The notes beneath the pieces were generated by a model. That model was given only the letters and a program-made list of their open reading frames with translations. It had not been told where the DNA came from and ran no database searches. This document shows positions 27,356 to 39,100 of a stretch of DNA of 64,000 bases, one piece after another. The first letter of the stretch is position 1; each line of letters starts with the position of its first letter. The translations under genes were made by a program, and so were the position numbers. The stretch covers positions 357,505 through 421,504 of the forward strand of contig NMRA01000285.1 in NCBI GenBank assembly GCA_002633005.1. Direction: 5' to 3'. This DNA is from Phoronis australis. Its lineage: Eukaryota; Animalia; Phoronida.

Positions 27356-30300
27356 TACGGCGGGGCATTAGGGCCAAATGAAAACAAATTCTTGAATATC
27401 TCGTTATTACGACTTAGCAATCTCTTTATATACAAACATGCATGCATACATGCATACATACATACTTACATACATTTCTTATATTACATGCCGAAGTTAT
27501 CTCCCGTAATCTAGAGCCGGGCAATAATTCTCCAAAATCCACGAGGGCTCTAGATAAGGGCGATAACGACTGAGAACATGTAATAATCTGTTTATACCAC
27601 ATATTGAACGATAAACATTGCAATGAATCGATGCGCCCTTCTGGACCCACCTCAGCTTTGGAACTACTTTCTATCTCAGCTTTGGAACTACTTTCTATGT
27701 CAGAGACCCGTGGTCGAAGGCCAAGACCTTTTAAGAAACGCAGAGTCATTCTTGTTCAAATAATGTCTTTACTCACAACCAATTGAAAATTTAAACAAAA
27801 TAGAAATAAAGAGAATCTATAATATAGGTTTTAAGCTTACAACACATCTTATCATGCTAAGCTTCCGCAGTTAGAGTGTCGTCTGCTAAAGAAGGTTACC
27901 ACTGGTTAATGAGTATAATGTCCAAGTCAAAGACTCCAGACGACATGTTACCCACATTTAAACTGGAGATCAATGATTTACAAGTGAGAGACAATGACAG
28001 ATATGGTGAAAAGTTCGAAGCCAGTGACGTTAAGAACTTTGTAGAATCAAAAGAAAATCAAAATCCGACGTCGAAACTTTAAACACCTGGCTAGTTACAA
28101 CAAGACCAACTGAGAAAAACATGTACTTGTGCTTACAAAGCAAGAGCTGGACGCTTACTTGGAATGTTTCTTTCTCGAAGTGAAAGACAAAACGGAATAC
28201 GAGCCAGACATTCTACTGGGTTTCAATAAATCTATTGATCGTTTTTCAGAGAAATAGTTTTCGATCATAAACGATCAAACATTTAGCGGATCAAGAGGAG
28301 CTCTGCAAGCGAAAGGAAAAGATTTAAAATCCCAAGGAAAAGGTAATAAAACCAACAAAGCAGAGGCATTTAGGACAAATGATCAGGAAATCCTACGGGC
28401 CAAAGGAGTGATTGGACTGCAGTGCAATTGCTTTAATTAACTTGGTGTGGTTAAACAATACTCTACCATAGGATTTCCTGAAAACGACAAGAACCGAGAA
28501 CTTCAGTGGAGCGATATTATTACGATGCACTGTTCAACCGAAGGCGAACATATCGAGTTCAATGAAAGGCCGACCAAAACCAGATCCGACGGGTCATTGA
28601 AGAGACCATTCAAACCAAAGCAATTTCAGTTGCCAGAAAACCAAGCCCACGGGTCAGTGGCTGCCTATGAGAGAAATACAGAGCAATGAGACAGCGACCA
28701 TGATGCAAGCCGACAGCCCATTCCATCTGAAACCAAAGCAGAGCACATTTGATAATTGGGACATTGGTTCATGATGGTTGGTGTGAATACTTACTAGAAA
28801 AATGGTTTCGCGGATGTGCGAGGCAGTAGGAAGACTGGACCGTAAAATTAACCCCACTGTTAGGAAGACAACGTGCTCGACATTATTCAACTACAGAGTC
28901 CCGCCAACCACCGTGATGCAGCTGTCAGGATACAAGAACATACATAGCCTGCAGACACACTGCAGACATCACTGAGCAAAAGCGGTTATGTTCCATACTA
29001 ACAAGATACGAGTCTGGATCATCATGCAGTAACCTCACAATATCACGCACCGTCACATCACATTTTCAAGAATGTTGCAGGTAACCACGGGTATATTTAA
29101 CACTTGAAATTTTTTTACAAAATTATTTGTTTCGTTAATGAGTGTGCTCCAACAACGTTGCACCAACTGCATGTTTCAGGTCCATGGCCAAGTAACTATT
29201 TTCAGGGTGTACAGTAATTTACAGCGCTGCATAAATATGGCACGACTATTATAATTGTCTTTAATTTGACATTTAATCTATTGACTGGCCCAAAAAGTCA
29301 TAATAACGTCATGATAAACAAGCGAATCGTGATAACCCAAACAATGCGTTATAATGTTTTGTTTTCGCCTATCAGACGTGACAAGAATGTAACGTTTACA
29401 AGATTAGTGCTTGGTTAAAAGCATTCATTCGAATATCAAGGAAATATTTAATCAAAAACAAGACAACATGGGTAGAGAATTCCGAAATGGCGACCACCCA
29501 CATACGCTCTCTATCTCTTTGGATACGGTATATAGCTGTTCGAAGTGTTCAGGAGTATCATCAAGCACTTAATATGATTAGGACCGATTCTCGAAGTTTA
29601 AGCACGCCACAGGACTGTACACGTATTTTGGTGACAAACCTTAGGGTGTCACGGAGCGGCGCGAGAACAGAGTACGTTTGCTTGATTGGTTAATGAAAAC
29701 ACAATGCAATCTTAATTCACCATATAGATCAGTTTTGTGCAACAACGTTTTTAAAACAGTAAAACAAAACCTCTCCTCCGTAGTTGTCCTTCACAGATGT
29801 AACATATCTCTAGACATCATCAGTGTAGTCAAAGACCCAATAGTTTTGCACGCCTCCTTGCGGTTTCAATCCATGTACATCATGCATCAAACAATAACGT
29901 TGTTTCCAGAGATGCCTATGCTGCATTCTGGTCGGCATATAAATGTACGTGAGCCGAAAGAGACTCTGAAAGAGTGTCTCTACTAAGTTCCAACAAAGTA
30001 GAGGGACAATAGAAACCATTGGACGGAATTTTCGTAAAAGGATTTGTTGACTGATGTCATTTCTCCACGGCATTGTTCATCATGGCATTTGTTGTTGATG
30101 GCGGGAAGGAGTCACTTCAAACGGAATGCTGCTAGCATCATTTCTGTAGTACCTGTCCTCAATGGAAAGAGACGTGCTTGATCACGCAATGAATGGTTGC
30201 TTAGACACAGAAGATCAAAAGGACTTCTTAGATTTTCTGCCAGTTCCCGAATGGGTCGCAGTTCGATCAGCAAGAAAGTGAGGTCGACTATACTCAAGAT

Positions 30301-31843
30301 AGCCCAAAGAAAGATCGTTCAGGAGTCTAGATATGCAATGGACATGATGTTCCTGTCATCTATAGTGCTCATGTGCGCCCGATTATACTAAGAGTACCTT
30401 CAACATATGTAGGAACAGAAAAACAATCAAAAAGCTATCGACATCAACTACCAACAAGAAAATAAAATTTAGGTGAAGAAACCTTAGCATAGTTTCTGAT
30501 CTTTGTTACAGGACGTATTGCCAGTTGCCAAAACTGAAACATCATTTTCAAAATGGCTTCAGAGCTTTTGAGATATTTAGTTGCCGAGATTCCTGCCACT
30601 AAAACCAATTGCCCTGAATTCAAAAGAAGACTGGCAAAAACCTTGGAATGTAATTAACGATAGACATACCATAAGGCGCCACAATGCTGACAGTGTCACA
30701 TTTAGATTTGAAACAGTAACCGGCTGGCCCGTTGGGTTCAAGAATTCGTCTGTTTCAAAGTTCATTTGTTAGGTAAATTAACAAGCCAGGGAAACTTGTG
30801 GCTACTCTTTATGTACTCACATTAATTATATGCGAGTGTGTTATGCCATCTTCCCCCTCGGTCCAACTTCCGATGCTCTATCTCATCAACCCCTTGACTG
30901 ACTTTATGAAATTTTGCATCCGTTTTCCTGTCAAGGGCGATACAGCATGGCACAATTTTCAGATGGCCTGGATTATGGCAGTGCCACCTAGTGCCAAATT
31001 TATTATTTTATGTTCGGTTCTGGATTGTCATCAAATTTGGCATACAGTCACCTAAGATGGAGACAACTTATTTGGACGATAACATGAATTTTGAGCCACC
31101 TAGTGCACATTTTCGGATCTGTTTTTGGCATCCAGCACACTGCATAGGCCCTCTTCATAACAACCCTCTGTGTGGATTGTTTTCTTGTGGTCTTGATTGT
31201 GGACTGTCTGAGATTCCATGTGGTTTGGCAATGTTAGCATATTCAAATTTGATACTAAACCATATTAGAGCATAAACTCTTGAAACAAGTAAATGGACAC
31301 CTGTTCCAATTTGCTGAAACAGAACTGTATGAAACCCTTGTAGAGTTGTCTTCAGTAAAATGCCCATTGCCCTTCCTGGAAAACTTCTATCCAATGTTTA
31401 ATCCTATGACATCTATTAAGAACCCAATACCATTCAATTCCCTGATTAGTCGTGGGTAAACAAATGAGTTGTCTCCAGTCCTTGAATCACCATGATTTGC
31501 TCTTAATAACATATTGTGGTATTTTCAGTGCCATAATCTCCTCTAATAACCCTAGGACAAGTGTCTAAACCGCTTGGCAACAGTAACCGGCCACAAGAGC
31601 AGGGTTTTTATTGGAGAAGTAGGCTTCCATCCAAATTACATAATGCGAAAGATCATCTATGCACCCATGGTGCAAGTTGTCAATGTACTGAATTCGGTCT
31701 TGTGTTGGTCTACACTCTGTGACGCAATAACAATATAGTATCTCATTATAACGAGACAGTTGAGTCGTTTTAATGAGATAGTTAAGGCGTTATAACGAGA
31801 TAATCAATAATATTTTTTCATTTGGCCCTAATGCTCCACCGTA
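27356..31843 (-). mobile_element. Decayed IS3EU-type DNA transposon containing nested insertions
   Basis: TIRs TACGGCGGGGCATTAGGGCCAAATGAAAA / TTTTCATTTGGCCCTAATGCTCCACCGTA (TAYGG..CCRTA signature); minus-strand 31675-31300 translates to HGCIDDLSHYVIWMEAYFSNKNPALVAGY...CPRVIRGDYGTEN...TTNQGIEWYW, an IS3/IS481-like DDE core with stops and frameshifts. TSD not recognisable. Confidence 0.78.
27487..28970 (+). mobile_element. Crypton (tyrosine recombinase, DUF3504-type) element remnant
   Basis: Frameshifted translation: ELDAYLECFFLEV..TEYEPD, LQAKGKDLKSQGKGNK.NKAEA, IEFNERPTKTR, RKTTCSTLF..VPPTTVMQLSGYKNIHSL (degenerate H-x-x-R and SGH motifs); terminal stem-loop at 27496-27567; second 5'-end copy at 62550-63060. 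Right end not determined. Confidence 0.82.
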
Positions 31844-32153
31844 ATTTTAGTTGCCCATATTTTCAAAAACAAAATCACCTGATGTAAGCTCAAAAAGGTC
31901 GGGATACTCTGCTTCTTTTAATTTTCACCATTTGTTGCCAGCTTTGAGGCAAAAGTTTCAAAATGAGGCGCAAAACTGAACCAATTATGCTATGTTTTTG
32001 GCCTAAATGAGGTTTCAGTAATTTATAAAAACTTAAGCATAAGCCAACTCACAGCACAATAAACACATAGTACAATAAACTTCACTGTCATAAACAGTTA
32101 CTAGAATGTGGCCATCAGCCAAGGATTTGTTTATCACTGATATCACTATTATT

Positions 32154-32668
32154 CAGGGCTTGGAATGACCAATGACAAAAAACACGGAAACTTTGAAACT
32201 TTTACAGCCCAAATCATGCTTGATAACCAGCCTTGAAATGATCAATGTGAACCTTTCCCCGACAAAAATCGGGACTAAAAAAAAAAAAGAAAAAAAAAAC
32301 GTTACCACCATCAGTACCATGCATCTGCGTCCTTTTAGCTCGCCCGTCCACTCCCAACTCACACATTTTTGGCTGCAGAGCGGTAGTATTTGTCGCCGCG
32401 CTTAACAATAACACGAGACGCCATTGAAAATCCCACCACGCTGTCCCAGATGCCCTGGCAATGTTGACAATTTACGTTCCTCCGAAACATAAAGAGCAAC
32501 TTCCGCTTTTCGAGGTGAACGTCGTCTGCAACGCCGCGGTAAGAAAGGCATTTGCCGCGGAAATTTTATATCAAATCCGATTTTTTTACGCGGAAATATT
32601 ATAAAAAAAGCAGAAAGCACATTTGAAAAAACGGAAATCCGCGTTTCCGCGGAAAATTCCAAGCCCTC
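32154..32668. mobile_element. CAGGG-ended MITE with 6-bp TSD (ATTATT)
   Basis: attatt|CAGGGCTTGGAAT ... ATTCCAAGCCCTC|attatt. Confidence 0.7.
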
Positions 32669-33125
32669 ATTATTTCATAAACTGCATTACCTAATGTGAG
32701 ACAGGACCAGAGGATTAGGTGATGAGGTTGTAAATGAAGGATTGACATCCATTCCAGAAAATTTCTTGCTTTCAGCACAGGCACAGTGACTGCACGCTAT
32801 CGCATAAGTGAGACAAAATCCTTCAATTAAGAATGTGCATGTACTTAGCCACCTCCCACTTCATACTGAGCCATATGGCATCAGTAAACTATGAAATAAA
32901 ATTTCATCATGTATGGTACCTTGAAAATGATTAACGGGTTGATTAAATCTTACAGTCATTGTACTTACAAACACGTTCCAAGAGACACCAAAACAAAGGC
33001 AATAACCCAGGGTAACATCATTTTCAAATTACAGCCGGATCATATTTCAAGTACGCACCAATGATGTAATACAAAAATGCATGATTCATTTGGCACAGAC
33101 TCATGGTCTTAGACCAGAGTCTCAC

Positions 33126-36100
33126 TTAAGAGCCCGCCTCTTGTTCTTGGCCCAGACCTTCTAGTATCATGCCCATAGGAGTTCGTTTCAGGCCAACCCA
33201 TTCAACCTTAGATGATACCTTGTTCCTCAAGTTGCGTAAGCGAAGTGACGAGTGGATAAATATGACTGTAAGAGAACGGAGAGAAACATAACTGAATGTA
33301 AATAAAAGATTAATTACAGGCAGTCTGTTGCATGTTGCACCAGATGTACACAGGCCGCTCAGGTGGGCCCTATACACTGATCACCTGGAACTATTTTTAT
33401 GCTTTATTGATTTGTAGTTACAACCACATAACGCTAAATCGTCGTGAGAGACCGTCCGGAGTTGGTATATGGTGCAACTCCAGACGGCCTGGGCTCAACA
33501 GAAAACCACAGTTCTACTGTGAGTCTGCACCAATGTGATAAACGAGAGTAGTTGTACTTGCCACGTCAGCTGCAGGTATCATTATCTCTTTTATGACACA
33601 CAATTTGTAACTGGGCACAGCTTTTTAAAAATAGTGTAGAAAAGCCAGTGGAGCTTGATACCCCTCAGGTCCCAGTCAAGTCTTCACTACAATTCTACGT
33701 TATGCAGGCTGAGGAGCTAGAGACTCGAGGGTCTAGCAGTTGTGTGGCCCAGTGGGACTCGAACTCACGACATGAGTAAAAGGAGTGCTTACTTATCTCA
33801 CTGGGCCACACTGCCTCCTCAAATGCAAAATAGGCAAGCTTCTTCAACATAGAACACCTCATGGTGAACAATGAAATCTTATTTCATCAAATTTCTTGAT
33901 AAAAGTAAGGACAAAAAGAATAGCATAACAGGTTCTACTCCGTGCCTCAAAGTTGATATCAGGTAGCTCTGGGTAAAATAGGATTCAAACCCATTTCAGC
34001 TAGCACCAGCTGGCTCTTTGAAAATACGGACAACTACACTATCAACGAATCAGTTTTCAAAATGATACAAACAACAACCAACTATGCTATTTTCAGGCCC
34101 AATAATATTTTTCTTCATTATGAGCAAAATTTGTGCCGCACAGCCCTCATTAAACAAGTGACGGCCAGAACTAGCAGTTTCAGTTGTAGGGCCAAAAAGC
34201 ATTTTTGGGACTATTATTGGGGAGGATGGCCTTGACCAGAGCTATAAAACAGCAAAATCCAAAATGTTTTTTTATTATTTTATTGTGTAAATACTGCCGA
34301 GTGCCGACTCTCGATCTTGGCTTCCAGTCATTCAGTAGTGACCTCATCAGTTAAAGGCAAAAACAACTTTTTCATGTCATTTTTAGCAACAATAAGGTTC
34401 GTTGATCACCCCAGACATATTTTTCACTTAATTACAGTAATCCCAAACCAATCATGTCCTCTCGTCCTTACTTCTTTGTCATCACCAGTCAGCCACTCGC
34501 ATTATTAACTCAGGTCATTGGTTGGACTTGTCCCCACTCATGCACTATGACCCTTTTATTAAGAAAATATCCTAGTCTGGTTGGAACAGACTTATTTTGA
34601 AGTTTACTGTTTCCTGATTTTGTGAACAACAGCTGCAGCACAGGGATACTTACAAGACACTGGGAAACTTACAAGACACTGGGAAACTTATAAGACTGGG
34701 ACACTTCCAAGACACTAAGACACTAACAAGACACTGAAACACTTACAAGACACCGTAACACTTACAAGACACTGAGATACATACAAGACACTGGGACACT
34801 AATAAGACACTGGGACAATTCCAAGACACTAGGACACTTACAAGACACTGGAACACTTGCAAGACAATGGAACACTTACAAGACAATGAGGCACTTACAA
34901 GACACTGGGACACTTACAAGACACTGGTACACTTACAAAACACTGCGACACTTACAAGACACTAGAACACTTACAAGACACTGGGACGCTTACAAGACAC
35001 TGGGATACATACAAGACACTGGGACACTTACAAAACACTGGAACACTTACAAGACACTGGAATACATACAAGAAACTGGGACACTTACAAGACACTGGGA
35101 CACTTACAAGACATTGCGACACTTAAAAGATACTGGGACACTTACAAGACACTGGGATACTTACAAGACACTGGAACACTTACAAGACACTGGGACTCTT
35201 ACAAGACACTGGGACACTTACAAGACACTGGGACTCCTACAAGACACTGGGATAAATACAAGACACTGGGATACTTACAAGACATTGGTAATGCAATGCC
35301 AAATAGGAAGACCAGCACACATCCTGCCACATAAAGGACGAGGTAACAACTCGCCAGAATCATTATTGTGCACAACAGTGGGTGCTTCTGCTTGAACTGT
35401 TTGTATTCATTCTTATTGTTGGAAATGTAGATGAACAAACCAAACGCGGAGACCACAGAGAATATGCCGATCAACATTTCACTAGGATGGAGCACACTGA
35501 AATGAAAAGTAACACAAAAACGTCACACATATCGTTCCTGATCCGGAATGATTTATAAAAGAATTTTGGTTATTTTCACAAAAAATCATAAAACGAACCT
35601 AAATAGCATTTGAACATAACTTTTTGAACAGTAAAGGATTCTCAAGGTAGCCAACCATCAAATAAATTTAGCGTTGATATTTAAGACAAAATCATAAATG
35701 TTACATTTTGGCTCAAAAACTCGTTTGACTGCAGCATCAAAATGGGCAAATCAAAGAGAACTAGAAAGCTGAGGTTACTTCTCAATTTCTCAGATTTTTT
35801 GCCTTCTTAACAAATAATTCTACAGTGAAATCTTAGAACTGCCGCCATTTTAGCTGACTAAAACACAAGGACAGAATAGGACCTTTTACTGTCAAAATCA
35901 GACTCATAACATTCCTTACTGTTCTCAAATTCTGTTTAAATCGTTTACAAAAACATATAGAAACTAATAACAACTTAGGAAAATATTTCAAAGTTAATTG
36001 GGATTGGCCAACGCCAAAAGTGTGAATTTAAAAGTTCCTCAATTAAGCATTGCCCCCAGACTTCAGGTGCCGGCTCATTCGGCTACAAATCAAGATTGGA

Positions 36101-39100
36101 TGGGCGTGGTAATTTTTTTTTACCCCAGTGAAAAATTCAACTTTGACAGCAACAAAACAGCAAAACGTGGCATTAGCAAATGCTAAGACAGTGTTATACG
36201 ACATTTCCAAGGTGGCCATGAATACCTGGAATCGACAGCACATAATAGTAATATGCAATTTGTCATTCATCAAAATTGTAGATCAGTGTGACTCAGCAAT
36301 TTGGCCAATTTTTTAAGGATAGACTATTTTTGTCCACTTATTGAACAGGGACCCCTTGTAGTCGTATACACCAATGGTACGTAGACATGGAAAGAGTAAA
36401 AAGACCTCAGCTAACTCTTGTACAACAATAAGTCAAAATAACTGTATGATCTAATTGAGGGCAATTTAAAAATGAGAATGACATCATGGCCTACCTTAAG
36501 TTAAAGCCCCACGCACAGGCATTTTTGAAACCCAATTGCTTTTTTCATCATGTTTAGAGCTAGAACCCTTTACTTTGACTTATTAATGTGGTTACTTAGC
36601 CTTCCTACTTACGCAAGTCATCACTTGTATCGCATGTAACGTGGCAAGTCTGTGCATTGGACAAACGCTCAAAACTATAATACTTGTTAATTTAACTAGT
36701 TAAAGCACGTTACATATTGCCTGATAGTGAAGCTTAAAAAAATAGAATTTTGCACTTGTGATCATGTCTGTCTTGGTATAATTTTCGGAAAAAGGTACAT
36801 TCCTTGAATCACATAACACACTTTTTCTAAACTAAAACCAGGTGGTAACGTGAAGTCTTCATGGAGATATCTCGTGAAGACATGCAGGGATATACCCAGG
36901 ATTCAAAACCCTGCTTGCCAGCTGGGCGAGTGAGCCAGAAAATCTACTCGCCCAGCCCGAAATTCAGTGGCCCGGCCGTCTGCGTCTGTCACCACAAACT
37001 TGCTGCCAGGGTCAATAAAAATCATTGTTTCGTGCGTTGATGTCACCATCTATTAGGGCTACAGTATTCGCCCAGGGTGCTTAGAAAAATTCATTGCGGA
37101 AGGGGGGGCGCTTGTTGTAGCCTAAGACGGTTGAAACACGGTCTCCGACGACAGATGAAATCAGATTTACGAGCTGTGACGTATCTGTAACCTATGACAG
37201 ACTTTCTACAAAACTGTGGTGCATTGCCTTTGTTATTAAATTACGATTTAAAAGACGGAGGTGTTGAAATTAACCAATGACGTCAGAGGTTCGAACGCAG
37301 TCTGTTCAGCAGTTCACAACACGCTTACTGATGTCAGCTTATCGGTTGAATCCGTTGTTATATACCAAAAATCAACAAAATTCGATGTAAAACCCCAACA
37401 AATATATCGAGTTATTGAACAAGTGTTTTGTTTTGTTTCGCTGTTACGGATTTATAGGTATTGGAACATACCATAGCCTACAAAGTTCGGTAGGCCAATT
37501 TACAAGGCAGTTTTGGGCCCTGTTCGGTGATAAATTTGAATTATTCATCTGTGAAATATAGACAGGGGAACATAGCCGTGTGTTGCAATTTTAGACTTGC
37601 GATTTTTTTAGTTCTAAACACACAAAAACACTTGTTATTGCGGCCAGTGGCTCGGAACCCGATGAGGCCTGTCAAGGCTGGCCTGAAGACATGATGAACA
37701 TAAACCAGCCAAAATTAAAAACTAAGCTTCCAGTCATGAAAAGACTATGCTAGTGAGCCAAAGAAATTATGTGCATGTGATTATTTTGGTGAATTAGATG
37801 CAAAACTGAAAGTCTACGTACTAGCTCGTCGGGGGCCCGCCGCGAAGTCAGGTTACCCTTCCATAGCAGCAAAACCGTCAGGGCAAAAAGTTGCATAGTA
37901 ACGATTCGAATAATGTATATGGATATCTAAATAAAGATTCTCCTAACATCTGACCATAGGATATATAATCGAGATATTGTTTCACAACAGCTTTCTGTAA
38001 GCAAACACTGAATTAGCATGGGCTCACACTGCCAACATGTGGAGAATTTCTGGCTTGCACAGGTGACCCCTCTCATTCCCTAAGCCCCAGGCAACTTTTA
38101 CAATGCCTATTCAGCACGCCCTTTGTATTGATGTAGATCTAAGCTAATGAAGTGGAAAGGTAATTGCTAGCATTACTGTCTCAACAATGGTTGTTGTTAG
38201 TGCCCCCAATTTAGTTTTCTCTGACATTTGTGGACCTATAGCCTGCAACTCTGGAGAGTACTTTTAACTTGGTACATTATAAATATTGCAAAATGACTAA
38301 AAGGTTAACCTGTGTTTATCTTCACAAAGGGCCACTTTCCAAAAGAATGTTAAGTTTCATATTGGTTTTCTTTATTTAATTTTTAATGGTTCTGCCCACT
38401 TTTTTTGTTACCGGGAACGGGTTGATAACTTTTTATCTAAGTTTAAAACTTGAAGTACCAAAACATTGGTAGATATTGATTGCCAGCTTAACTTGATTAG
38501 TTAAGTTCAATGTGAGCCCATCCCTAAACTTACCACATTACAGGTACACTAAACATCACACAAGTTTTTATATTTTTATTAAAATAAGAACTCAAATCAT
38601 AAAATATATACAAAAGTGCAAATATGGTGATGACCAAAACTGAAGATTTGGAATCTCTGGACAATTTCGGTGGCACTGACTATAAAACCATTCTACCTCT
38701 TTGTCAGTAATAAAAAAATGAAAAGTGGGCACAACTGTTTCCTCAAATCTGGCTAAACGAGATTGAAAGAATATTAAAAAATGAATCCATGTGATATTGT
38801 TAACTCTGATCATCGTTTGTATATCCACCGAATATATCAATACGCTCGGTAGTTTATCTTCAATCGTACCCAATGGTTGTAGCTTTTAGATTAGTTCATG
38901 TATTTTTAAGTTTTTAGATTAGTTCATCTATTTTTAAAAATCAAAAACCGTACTTGGTTGTTTTTTTTCCAGCTGAATTCCGCCGTGGTGTTCATTTATA
39001 ACGAAAATTAGTGGTTAATGCATTTTGAAAATTCGCCATTATGTACAGTCAGAGATGTTTAATACAGTTTATGGTCGGATAATTACATTTAATTGGGTCT

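Noticed and set aside
34886-35395. 169-aa repetitive plus-strand ORF
   Set aside because: Translation of the 19-bp minisatellite, antisense to the PRA1 exon.
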